64,000 bases of DNA from Bugula neritina (taxonomy: Eukaryota; Animalia; Bryozoa). The position numbers and the translations under genes are program-made. The DNA is taken from contig OZ037767.1 in assembly GCA_964035545.1 (NCBI GenBank), positions 20,724,628 through 20,788,627 of the forward strand. The letters are read 5' to 3'. Shown here one piece after another: positions 28,101 to 38,380 of the stretch. Each line of letters opens with the position of its first letter. Positions within the stretch are counted from its first letter, which is position 1. Under the pieces are notes generated by a model that searched no databases, was not told the origin of the DNA, and saw only the letters and a program-made list of their open reading frames with translations.

Positions 28101-28588
28101 TTGAGGCTAATAAAACCTATTATGTATCATGTGATGCAGCGTCTCAAGTGGTTGGCTTCAGTCAAACTACTTTGTCTAATCAAAGGACCAACTGTAAATC
28201 CCTGGAGAGAAATAATATGGAACTGCCGCTAGCAAATGGCTCCCTCTCTTCTCCACTGACTGCAGATCATTTTGATCTTAGTAGAGAGTCAACTACAAAA
28301 AATAAACTTCTTTCTGCTCAAAATTCAGATTCAGAAAGGTTAAGAGCCATGATTTTGAATGACAAATCTGGTAACGCAATGCGTCGTCTGCAGGCAGCTG
28401 TGGCGGGTGATGCGTCAGCAACCAGCCGAATCAGTAAGCAAACATCACTTCCTGCTGAGTACGTGCCATCTGAAGAACCAGTGAAGCCACCACGGCGAGG
28501 AGTTGGTAGTAAACCTGCACGGTGCAACAGGCCGGAAGACACCAGCGATGGAGGCAGCTCGTTCATGGATGTGACCGCAGCGCTTTGA
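1053..28588 (+). CDS. WDCP: WD repeat and coiled-coil containing protein (WDCP/C2orf44 family), 14 coding exons, about 828 aa
   Basis: Join 1053-1107,3175-3292,7608-7768,8036-8150,8712-8855,9421-9527,11085-11263,11907-12011,13334-13499,14312-14710,16507-16667,18141-18246,24688-24816,28047-28588 = 2487 nt; all introns GT-AG and phases consistent. Peptides follow the recalled order of vertebrate WDCP motifs: MELG, AVHSRHGLAWTDG, PLPQGCLWNP, CACWSDQG, ELPLDKLC, GLLSPDLL, ERPKGLC, coiled coil, GRLKL, DGYIPLKF. Confidence 0.9.
1140..2110. repeat. Degenerate hexamer low-complexity tract in WDCP intron 1
   Basis: ATACTG/ATAGTG/AGTTAC/ATCATG/ATTACT units; produces spurious ORF 1125-1367. Confidence 0.8.
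3175..3292 (+). CDS. WDCP: WDCP coding exon 2 (AVHSRHGLAWTDGQNVFL...KLGEF)
   Basis: TTTTAG acceptor; GA|GTGAGT donor; HGLAWTDG motif. Confidence 0.9.
3330..5100 (-). mobile_element. Heavily decayed Gypsy/Ty3-like LTR retrotransposon pol remnant in WDCP intron 2
   Basis: Minus strand from 3810 reads MSLRILSGVLSTFPRMVE*LFFKGLQ, like the RT motif MPFGLxGAPxTFQRxM..L.GL; LRQAAV follows near 3700; boundaries approximate. Confidence 0.4.
7070..7141 (+). tRNA. tRNA-Glu (anticodon TTC), inside WDCP intron 2
   Basis: 72-nt cloverleaf TCCCATATGG...TGTGGGAA; anticodon arm CCTGG-TTTTCAC-CCAGG; GGTTCGATTCC T-loop/B box; T7 Pol III terminator at 7146-7152. Confidence 0.95.
7608..7768 (+). CDS. WDCP: WDCP coding exon 3 (SIQSLCWS...KVSIWRV...NPLPQ)
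   Basis: TTTTGCAG acceptor; CAAG|GTACT donor; open frame not shown in the ORF track. Confidence 0.85.
8036..8150 (+). CDS. WDCP: WDCP coding exon 4 (GCLWNPVRDILAIVT...)
   Basis: TTGTCCAG acceptor; CA|GTGAGT donor; matches GCVWHP-type WD motif. Confidence 0.88.
8252..8699. repeat. 23-bp minisatellite (TATGTATAGTTTACTGTGTATAT), about 19 copies
   Basis: Direct tandem units filling most of WDCP intron 4 and ending about 12 nt before the acceptor. Confidence 0.95.
8712..8855 (+). CDS. WDCP: WDCP coding exon 5 (NALRCACWSDQGDKLYVAT...)
   Basis: CAGTAG tandem acceptor (start 8712 or 8715); GG|GTACT donor; CACW motif. Confidence 0.85.
9421..9527 (+). CDS. WDCP: WDCP coding exon 6 (REGNILKMVAIG...ELPLDKLC)
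   Basis: TTTTAG acceptor; G|GTATGC donor; ELPLDK motif. Confidence 0.88.
11085..11263 (+). CDS. WDCP: WDCP coding exon 7 (DMEAAMISP...GLLSPDLLSYS)
   Basis: CTCTAG acceptor; TCG|GTATGT donor. Confidence 0.82.
11907..12011 (+). CDS. WDCP: WDCP coding exon 8 (FDGKSQLVVVGSNAQSTLHFFTV...)
   Basis: TTGTAG acceptor; ATT|GTAAGT donor. Confidence 0.85.
12018..12120. repeat. Degenerate TGTA/TGTG repeat directly after the exon 8 donor
   Basis: GTATGT/GTACT-rich run. Confidence 0.6.
13252..13286. other. Perfect 12-bp inverted repeat with an 11-nt loop
   Basis: ATGGTGATCCCC (13252-13263) / GGGGATCACCAT (13275-13286). Confidence 0.85.
13334..13499 (+). CDS. WDCP: WDCP coding exon 9 (MLPDSERPKGLC...VLILIGKLK...)
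   Basis: CTAACAG acceptor; CAG|GTTAGT donor; ERPKG motif. Confidence 0.88.
13481..13722 (+). repeat. 28-bp minisatellite (ACTCAACTATAYCCTTCAGGTTAGTGTG), about 8.6 copies, spanning the exon 9/intron 9 junction
   Basis: Units start at 13481, 13509, 13537 ... 13705; each full unit carries CAG|GTTAGT. Confidence 0.95.
14312..14710 (+). CDS. WDCP: WDCP coding exon 10 (Ser-rich linker)
   Basis: TTTACAG acceptor; CAG|GTGAGA donor; lies in ORF 14239-14745; phase 1-1. Confidence 0.8.
16355..16506. repeat. TA-rich low-complexity tract abutting the exon 11 acceptor
   Basis: TATATT/TATGTA runs. Confidence 0.7.
16507..16667 (+). CDS. WDCP: WDCP coding exon 11 (DDEMSIQSS...KPPLP...ELTGLLQSQ)
   Basis: TTATAG acceptor; CAG|GTAGTT donor; open frame, phase 1-0. 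Confidence 0.75.
16878..16950. repeat. 25-bp tandem repeat, 3 copies
   Basis: TATCTGCCAYTCTAGTAACARTACC at 16878, 16903, 16928. Confidence 0.85.
18141..18246 (+). CDS. WDCP: WDCP coding exon 12 (coiled coil ESTISRLRKRVDELSCMLEE)
   Basis: GCACAG acceptor; CAG|GTACT donor; heptad pattern. Confidence 0.82.
24688..24816 (+). CDS. WDCP: WDCP coding exon 13 (EVASITF...IEKKFLLDRGRLKLEALKAAFDLPYIILHL)
   Basis: TTGTAG acceptor (TAGAAG tandem); CG|GTATGC donor; resembles WDCP VEKRAVLLCDGKLRL. Confidence 0.85.
28047..28588 (+). CDS. WDCP: WDCP terminal coding exon 14 (DGLPIVLTSNIDGYIPLKF... to stop)
   Basis: CTGTAG acceptor; 3' part of ORF 27869-28588; resembles WDCP SADSEGFIPLTF; AATAAA at 28728 and 28951. 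Confidence 0.88.
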
Positions 28589-31314
28589 AAGCCACATGCA
28601 AATTTTCATCCTGTAAATTTCACAACAAATATTTTCTTACTTCTGTAACTTGATAGTTCCGAATCACGCTTTTTGCAATAGATGTTATTAAGTATTCATT
28701 TGATAGACTATTGGTGAATAGTTTTTAAATAAAGGGCTTTGTTTTTATATATTCTTGTACAACTGTAACTAAGTACGGACAAATTATTAAAAATGCAAAA
28801 CAAACACACTAGAACCTAATCATCATAAATTATCATATCTTTTTATCAAAATCTGTACAGTTGATATCTGTATAATGCTCCTGTTTAAGAAGATTACATT
28901 ATCTTATGTTTCAATAATTATGGTGTAATGTGCCAACTGTACTGACATGGAATAAACTTCAAATTTTATTTCTTCTTTCTTCAATTAATCAAACAAGAAT
29001 TGGCGAGTTGTCTGTTATATAACGGTATAAGGTAGATGATTAAATAAATTGTACTCTTTTACCTTTACAGCACTTGGTGTTTGTGACAAAGGATACTCCC
29101 TTGTATCTTTCCTATCTAAGAACCTAGATCAATATAGAAATATCCAATACAATAGTTGGTAACCGCAGCTGTTACCATTGTTCACCTCTTGTACTCATAC
29201 TGAAACATCTGTTGGAATATATTTTTGGCATATTTTGCACCTACTCAACTCGGCATTTTCCTTACCAAATGGTTTTGTATTAAGACAGGGATAGGATATT
29301 TTTGGGTTTGTATCTGAAACCATTTCTCCTGCTAACCACATAGTAGTTGATGATAGTTACTCATAGCTAGGGTTTTGTTGGTTGTCTGCTTACTGCTCGC
29401 ATAGTCTGTCGTTAATTACCTCTCAATTTGTGAACCAAAAATAGATGAGGCAAAATCTTGTAGTAGAAATAGCTATTTACACTATATTTCCTCCTTTTTT
29501 ATGTTTTGCTAGACTAGAGTTTAATTTACAATTATTTTAGATGTGCCGTCGAATTGACATCATTGAAATCTTATGATGCGTCAACTAACCATGTTAGCCA
29601 TTTAAGTAGTTGCATCTCTATTCAAAATAAAAGTGGTATTTGCTTCTTTGAGAAAATTGTTACACCAGCACCATTGACATTCCTCCCTAATGGTCAGTTC
29701 ATTTCCACATTTCAATATTATTTTTAGGCTAGAAGACAATCTTAGTTCCTATTTTTAGTCATGGCTTGCCTTTTGATGAATATTTATAGTCATGGATTTT
29801 CAAAGTATTTATGAGTTATAACCCTGAATTATTTATTTAGTATAAATTAGTATAATTTAGACAATGAATGTTAATTAGTCATTATAATTATTTGCATGGA
29901 AGGTGTGTTCTAATGATTCAGCTGATAAATAAGTGTGCAGATACTTGCAGCAATTCTGTGCTTTCACGTCTCACTTTCACTTCTCCGCCTTCAATTCCTG
30001 CTCATCAAGTGCAGATGGTTAGAGGAAACATTTCCTGATGGTAGAGGAAACTAACTTATTCTGATTGACACACCGTTGGTGCGAGAACATTTCTGTTGCT
30101 AACGGTGCAATAAGACCAAAACTCTTTTCATTCTGACTTTTGGACGTTTTATAAAATAGAAAAGTTTGCATAAACTTGTACTGTTGCTTCTAACCTTATA
30201 TTTTTAGCCATTTTTGTTTCCAAAAATAACATACCTGTTACAATATGTATTAGCATTTGGAGACCATTCATCAATATTATTGACAATAAATAAGGGCAGG
30301 AAACCTCTTTACTGCAAAGCCTTGTTCTGTGGAATATTTTAATACTCGGTGTCTTTGTTCGATCAGTGCTTAGTGAGTCAGTATGCGTGTAGGTTCATTC
30401 TGAAGATTTAGTCTCCTCTCTATCCTCTGGCTTGTCATGCCAGTAGTTAATGGGAAAATGATGGAATGGCTTTCTTAACTGATATCCCTTTAATAACTGC
30501 AGCCAGTATTTATATCATAATTGTTTTCAGTGCAACTTAATCAGAACATAACTGCTACAAAAGAAAACTTCTTCAGCATGTCTTTAATAAATGCCAGTTG
30601 AAAATAATGACCATTAAAATATCACTAAAATGTCTTGATAATTTGTCTGAAGAGAAGTTTTAATTAAATTAATAGACCAGCAGTTTGAGCATTCTTTGGT
30701 GATGAGCAATAGCTGTGAACAACTTGTTTTCCTAGTCTATATTTAGCAAATTTCCACATATAACTATTAAGAGCATATCATATCTCAAGTGGTTAGTTTA
30801 ATGTTCATAAATATTAATAAAATAGCAATTCAAAACATTTAAACCTCCAAGTGAATGTGTAAAAATAGTGATGAGGTTCAGGAAAGGTAAAATATAGAGG
30901 TGTGGGTGCTCCATTATAGTAGTACTAATATGAGACAATACTAGAAGATATAAATAATAATACTATAAAGCAATAATCTCTTTGTTTGCAAATACTTATC
31001 ACCATCTTAACTGTGAGTATATGGAAGGCGCCGTTCACCCAATCATCATCAAATCTGTGTTGCATTTGCGAAGCTTCATAATGACGCAGCATTTACCTGC
31101 ACCATGATGACCTGACAATACACTTGTGTTAAATCTCTTCTATTTCTCTTCTTAAGTGTCTCTGTGAAAGCTAGCCGCTGCCTACTCTCTGTTGCTTCAC
31201 ACTTCAGTTACTAAGACAAAACTTGCTGCCATGCGAAGGCAGCGTCTAAAGGTGCTCATCACAACTCTGATGAAAAATTCTAGAAAATGCAACTTAATTA
31301 TATCAATAAAATAT

Positions 31315-31710
31315 AATAGATTAGAATATGGAGTATATAATGGAATTATAATAGAATATAGAATGCAATAGATAGAATATTCTATATTCTATTATAGAAT
31401 GCCATAAAATGGGAGCAGCCGTGGTCTAGAGGTTAGAGCAATTGGCTTAGTAAACACAAAGTCATGGGTTCGAACCCCAGTAAAGGCCATTGGTGATGTT
31501 AGGAAGAGCACCCAGTCATAATTGCTCCTGTGCCACGTAGATGAATAAGTCCTTAGCCCGCTTTAAAACCCCTTCTATCACGTTTTTCTCACAGGAATAG
31601 TGACTATAAACTTACGTGAGCTTTTTATAGAATGCAATAAAATATAGAATAAGGTAGAATGAAGTAGAATATAAAAACGCAGATGAATATAGAATAAAAT
31701 AAAATATATA
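31315..31710. repeat. Degenerate (TAGAA)n satellite interrupted by the SINE
   Basis: TAGAA/TATAGAAT units on both sides of 31411-31624. Confidence 0.6.
31411..31624 (+). mobile_element. tRNA-headed SINE, family A, copy 1
   Basis: A box TGGTCTAGAGG, B box GGTTCGAACC, non-tRNA body; second copy at 60867-61076; flanked by an 18/19 direct repeat TTATAGAATGCMATAAAAT (31392-31410 / 31625-31643). Confidence 0.85.
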
Positions 31711-31804
31711 ACAAGTGAAATAGTCTATCAGGTAGTGAGTAGTGCTTGTAGTCCTGCTAACAGCATATTGCCTTTGTCAAGATTTAATGAAGCTAATATA
31801 TAAG

Positions 31805-31960
31805 ACATTTTAGCATATAAGCACATAGGTATATCAAGTATGTTAACATAACATAAGCACATAAATGAAATACGTTAACATATAAGCACATATATAGAAT
31901 ATCTTAGCATATAAGCACATATATATAAAATATTTTAGCATATAAGCATATACATTATAG
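31805..31960. repeat. Degenerate tandem repeat of about 30-34 bp (TTAGCATATAAGCACATA core)
   Basis: Core recurs about 5 times. Confidence 0.7.
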
Positions 31961-34900
31961 AGCAGCCTGGCACACACATATAATATGCTGGAAAATCTTA
32001 GCACAGATAAACTTATGTATACCAGCTTGAATTTGAACACAAATTTGAAAGTATTCCTACATCAAAACTTTAATATCCGTGAAAGATTTATTTATAACTA
32101 TTTGATCTCCTGATAATCTATATATAGAACATATCATAGATACAGTTGCAAGTGGCATGTAATAGTTAGCTTAGCTGTCTGCTAGAATAGCAATGCATTA
32201 TTAATTATTACATAATAATTTCTTGTTCAATTTAATTTAAATTAGCTTGAGTATAGACAATCACAATCATCATTATATAATCGTTATGCACCTTGTAAAT
32301 AACCCATTAATCAGTTTAACACTTCATATCCAGACTAGAAAATGATAAAGCGGTTTTTTACTTAATTTAAAACTAGTCTATATAAAGAAAACCAAACTTA
32401 TAAAAAGAAAATGTTGGTCAACGGTAATAACAGGTAGTGGTACTACAATAATAGGAATATTGTTCCAATGAGATAATCTCTTTCATACATGTATTCTTTC
32501 ATTTAGTTTTAGTTGTATTAACTGATAAAGTCTTGCTTGGTAGATAGACAATTTCATTTCTTATTGGAGGTAATAGTTTGCTTTGATGCTATTCAGTGTT
32601 TGCTAAAAGTTCAAAGTTCATGTTTATTTTGTTCTATTTGGTCGCAGCCACTAGCAACTATTATTTATATTAAATATCAATACGATTATATTTCAAGTTT
32701 CACAAATGAATAAAATGATTGCATAACCATGTATCTGTTGATACTCCAATTTGTTTCAATCGGGGTAATAGTCATAAAAAGTTGAATTCTTGAAGGCAAC
32801 ATTATGCAAAGTCAATACATTTTGTATAATAAAAATGGTGATTAGGTGAAATTAATTAAGCTATTAATTACTTTCTTGCATACACTTGGCCTGCTGTCAA
32901 AGTTCATTCATATTCTGGTTAACTTGGCAGAGTTTCTGTCCCACTAAACTTGTTATATTATTTTCCCCAACTTCCAACTCTAAAATGTGTGAAAAAAGTC
33001 ATCTAGACACTATATAATAAATTACTATAGTGTTGAGCAATTTTATTTGACCAGGTGTTCGTATTGCGGAATCAGATACCTCATAGCAATGGTTTGGCAA
33101 AGTGGTTGAACAGCAACTAGTACATTGACAAGCATTGCCATAACTAGTTTTGTCATTGCATTATGTTGTGGTTTTTGAAACTTGCCTACTTGGGAAATTG
33201 CCTGTTAAGTAGTTTTATAGTTGAATCATGAGCTTTTATTAAAATGTTGGAAATTTAGCAACTGACTGTGCTATGTGATGGCACAAAGTCAAATTTACCT
33301 TGGCAAGATCTTACATCTACCTGATCCATTTTCTCTATTTGTTTAATTGTTGATGACTAGTTTTGTGTCTTATTAAGAAAAAGATTAGGGCTTGAAATTA
33401 TTTTTAATGTGTTGATTTAATCTGGTTGAAGACAACCTTAGTTAAAGTTAATATTCTTATAACATTGTTGCTTGAATAAGCTTGTTTGCATATGAAAGAT
33501 TTAATCAAAATAGTGAATAATGTTTTGAGGTTTTCCTTTACTCTATAAACTCTTTCATTGGTAGTTATTGCACAAAGATTTGAAGTTCAACCAGTTCTGA
33601 AATAAAAGTATTTAGCATGAATAATACAACATTCATGTGGGTGCACTTGTTCAATTTTGTAATCGGCTTTGACAGGTTTCACTGCCAATGTTAGCACAAC
33701 CTCTAAAAATAACAAAAATTCTCTTTTCTTCAGTTTTTTTTCTAATGATTTGCCAACAACAACAGTTTTATCAAAGTCGCTATTTCAGAATAGTGTTAGC
33801 ACTACTTGTTTAATTTTTAGGTAAATCACTCCTTGGTGGTTCAATAGTGTGGCTTTATGTTATGGTATAAATGCAGGATGTTAAAGTGTTGGACATAGTG
33901 TAATGTGTAAATAAATTAAAAGCGGTATTTACCAATATAATCAATAGTTGTATAATTTATCAAAAATGGAGAGCTCTAATGTACACGGTAAATCACTAGT
34001 GACCAAACCAGCACTAAATACTCATCATGAATAGAAAAACTGTAGAAACATCAACAGTGGCTATGTTACAACTCATATACAATGCAATTTCCAGGGATTT
34101 AATTATAATCATAATTAATTTTGCTTTTTAATAATATACAATGATGTAGAAAAGTGTGCAGCTTTCAATGATTTAATTTTAATGATTTGCAAAGCCATTG
34201 TTTTAACTTTTTGAAATATAAATTTCCATAAACATAAATTAAAATTTACATTTTCTGACACATTGAGAATTTTTGTTGTAAATTCTATTCCATGCTTAAA
34301 GACCAGCTGCCTACATCAGCATTGCAAGCATTATGACTAATATGTTAAATAATTTACTATCTCTTAGACATCATCTTAAAACAAACCGCCTTCTTTGGCC
34401 TGTAGCTAAAATATTACACTCTAAAATAACATGGGAATATTTACACTTCAAAATTAAAAAAGGCCCTCATGATGAAATATATAAAATAGTTATGCTCCAA
34501 TAACTGCGTTAATAATAGCATAACGCAATATACTCCCATCATAAGTCTCAATGGCAAAGAATGTGCAAAGGTTAATGGGCAGGAGTAGCTTTTCTATAAT
34601 AGTGCTTTGTCTATGAGTCAATTGCACAATCAATATAAGGTAGGAGACAGAATGTAGCAGTTTGGTGTTAGGGAAGCTGTTGATTGGACTGGCAGCTGCT
34701 TGCAGTTGGCAAAGAGACAGCAACACAAAGCCTCTCTGTTGTCTCTACCTCACACCATCTGTCTCTACCCACCAACAAACCAGGTTGCGGAGCCAACTCT
34801 CAGCCTCTGATTCACTGGGAAGAGCAACTACTGTCTAGGGTATATCAAGGGACATCCACTCAACCATATCTCTCTCTATACTTAGAAAATATATTGTATT

Positions 34901-36996
34901 TATAGCCTCGAGTTTTTAGTTTTAGCTTATAATTTTCATTGATGTTTAAAATTCAATTAACAATTTGGGAAATGTTGGAGTTGAGTGAATAAATTAAACA
35001 TAAAAAGACAAATTGTTGTATTAATAAAAACAATAATCATTAATTTGATATAAATTTATATCTAAAGCCCAGATGTATAGACCACATAAAAAGTCCAAAA
35101 ACACTTAATAAGACAGAATAATGCAAAGTTATTCAACAACTGTGCCAAAAAGGCCATCCCAAAATCATTTATATATTTGACAATAATTAATAATGTAATA
35201 TATACCAAATTTAGCTTACAAAACAGCTTCTTACACGTTGGTTGAAATGTGTATATGTTTAATTTGTAACGTTATAAGTGGCAATTAAATATTTGGTTAG
35301 AATAATTCTCATTCATAGAAATGAGTATAATAAAATAACATCTTCATGTAGCACTAAATACATATTTTGTTTATATAAATATTCTCGTTCATGAATACAG
35401 CTTTGTATTTGTCCAGAGCATTACATAATTACAATTATATGCTATGCTAAGCAAACAGTATAACCTTAAAGATCGTAAAGATCAAAGTTGGTTGAAATTC
35501 TTTTTGTTAGGATAAATATGCTAGACTCTCTATTTGAGAAACTTTTGCTTTCTGCTAGATTTCAGCCCTAACTCTGGTGCGTGATGAGTCATGTAGCTTG
35601 TAGTTTTTGTACGTTCAACTTTAACCTTACAGTATCTTGCACTATTTATAGACTTGGCATTCGGGTTACCAACTTTAAAAACAAATATCTAATTTTATAA
35701 ATTTCCACAGAACTCCACATTGGTATTTTAAACATGAGCTGAGAATAACAGATTTTCTGCATGCTAGTTAATAGGCAAAAACCTAAGCATTATAGGTGAT
35801 CTTGCAGGTGTACTTTACGTTCTTTGTCTTCAGAAGACGATAACTGAAGCTGTGATTGGAGTTCAGAAGTGATTGAAGAGAAAGGCTGAGTTAACTTGAA
35901 CTCTGCTTATATTTCTACTCCTTGTGTCTTGCAGAGTGTATTGTTGAAGCTAAATATGAATTAATTGCATTAGGAGGTATTAGCCTATTAGCCGCAGCTG
36001 AATCAAATCATAAATCACATATGTTCAAATACCGATGCTAGTAAGAGTGACTGCTATTAAACTCTTGGCAATAAACTTCTGATTAATCTACCAACTTATA
36101 CTTTAGTTCTAAACTTTCCCAGAATTCAGTCTATTTAGCTTGAGTATTATACCTGTCTCAAGATTTTCTATCGATGAAAATCAAACATTATTTTGGTATC
36201 ATCAGTTTGTTATGAATAATGCCTCGTGCCATTTCACATCCATTTGCTTGCTTACAGTAATAATATCCGTATTTTTACATCTGGCAATAAAATTTATTTT
36301 TATAGCTTCAGAAAGATTTAAACTGTGATGGCATAGGGTGTAGAACTGGAGAAGTACACCATGTGCAAGTGTAAGTGCATTCAACATTCTGCGCAACAAG
36401 AACAGTTTTAAGATGAAAGATAAACTCAGTCGGTAGCCTTAGCACAGGCTCAGAGCTTGCGGGTTTCTGGTAGTTATCCATACACCTTTTGTTTCACTTT
36501 ATATGAACTAATATGCCTTAAGTTTTTTGCTGGCAATAAAAAATTAAAGTAAAACCAGATGTGAAACTAAAGGTTCAAACTCATAAAATAATGGAATCAA
36601 CAAAATATACCAAACGCTTGTGGACTCGGCTTAGTTAATTGAAATTAGCAAATTTTCAAGTCATGGGTTTTTGAAGTCAAAGGCTACAAAAACAGCCTGA
36701 CTCCGTGACAGAAGCTTGCTGATTAGCTGAAGAGCGGCGAGTGAAAACTTCAAGTATAAACACATTATAGTGCATGCTCCTTCTCTATGCTCGTCCTCAA
36801 CAGGGCTAGTTATTGCATCTAAGTGCATCATCCCTTCTAGCTATCTTTATTTATTTAGTTGCTTTTGTTTGGAAATCAAATATTCTAGTACCACATGTAT
36901 AAAAATTGTGTTGATAATAATTATTATTGATCAGTATTTGCCATATAAGATGCAAATTGTACAGTTCTAGGAGCTGATAGAAAGAGTATCTCTCCA

Positions 36997-37195
36997 CTAT
37001 ACTATACTATGCTATACTATGCTATGCTATACTATACTATGCTATGCTATGATATACTATACTATACAATGCTAGGATATACTATACTATGATATGCCAT
37101 GCTATGCTATGCTATGATATGCGATGTGCTATATATGCTCTATATACTAGGCTATGATATGCTATGCTATGCTACGCCATACTCCACTATACTAC
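36997..37195. repeat. (CTATA/CTATG)n pentamer microsatellite
   Basis: Direct pentamer run just beyond the POU3 3' end. Confidence 0.9.
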
Positions 37196-37771
37196 ATTAT
37201 AATATATGTTAATGCAACACAATATAATAGTAAAGGAGTTTGCGTAAGAGTAATTCAAATTATTCAAATTGGCAAGTACATAAGTTATCAAATGTGACAA
37301 TATTTATTTATTGTTAAATTATTTTGTTTGAAATATTTTTTACACCTATTCTGTACTTATGCAATTTTATTTTGATAAAATCCACTAAATAAATATAAAT
37401 TTAAAGCTATTCAAAATAACAAGCTATGTATGTACAAAACAAAATAGCAACTTTATGCTATGAATTATAGAACTAAAACGACGTGATTGCACAATACGTA
37501 ACTACCAAAACTGTGGTAACAGTGGTAACAGCATATTTGGAAAAAATGATTAGACAACTTTCGAAAATAAATTATTTTGGTGTCATAGCAGCAAAAATCT
37601 AAAGAAACAGCTAATTTATTGTCATGTAAAAATAGGAAAAATGTAACTCGTTATATATTTATATTATATATTACATATATGCAATGCTCTCTTTAGAGAG
37701 ACCTCTTTTAAGTAATGAGACTAGCTACATTCACGGTTTGTAAAGCTCAAAGTTCAAGTATTACTTGTAAC

Positions 37772-38380
37772 TCAGTACCGGGATTGACTTTGGTTCAGTA
37801 GAGGCAAAGTGTGAGGGTATTGATTGGACATTTGGTACACAGAGTTAGCCATGTTATAGCCGGTGAGCGCAGAAGTTGGGGACGCTTGAGGGGACGTCTT
37901 GTAAGCTGTATGATGTAAGCCATGACCAGGTAGGCTACTTTGACTTGTTAGAGAAGCAATGTGATGTGGTTGGCTCGAAGGTAGACTAAGGTTCAAACTG
38001 TTCTGTGGCTGATGTACAGTTGTTAGGTTGTCTTGCGTAGAAGCTATTGCACTAAGGCCATTGTCCATGTGATTACTCACAGGCTGTATATTGTCATTAG
38101 CACTAGAGGCAGTTTGCTCGCTATCTCTATGATTCAGTAGGTTTGGAGGGCTGTATCTGGGAGAGAAACTTTCAGCTCTGTTTGGAATGCAAGGATTCGG
38201 AGAGTTTTGCTGCGGCACTGCCTTAGATTGCTTTGATGGGAGAGGTGATAAAGAACCGCTGCTGTTTGGTGTGTTGGGGCGATTGTCTGAAGCGGTGGCG
38301 TTGTTGTTGTTAGCTGAGACACTGTCTTCTGAGTCACTTTGGTAGATCAACTCACCGTTCTGAGAGTACATTCTTTTCTC
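37772..38380 (-). CDS. POU3: POU3 exon 3 (EKRM plus Ser/Pro/Asn/Gln-rich tail)
   Basis: TTTCAG acceptor restores the conserved RQK|EKRM; minus-strand AATAAA signals at 37620, 37371 and 37312. Confidence 0.9.
   Translation of the reverse strand, partial: EKRMYSQNGELIYQSDSEDSVSANNNNATASDNRPNTPNSSGSLSPLPSKQSKAVPQQNSPNPCIPNRAESFSPRYSPPNLLNHRDSEQTASSANDNIQPVSNHMDNGLSAIASTQDNLTTVHQPQNSLNLSLPSSQPHHIASLTSQSSLPGHGLHHTAYKTSPQASPTSALTGYNMANSVYQMSNQYPHTLPLLNQSQSRY

Noticed and set aside
31411-31485. tRNA-like sequence (also 61076-61005 and 51960-51890) as tRNA genes
   Set aside because: Acceptor and anticodon stems do not pair, there is no terminator, and each continues into a longer body; SINE heads.
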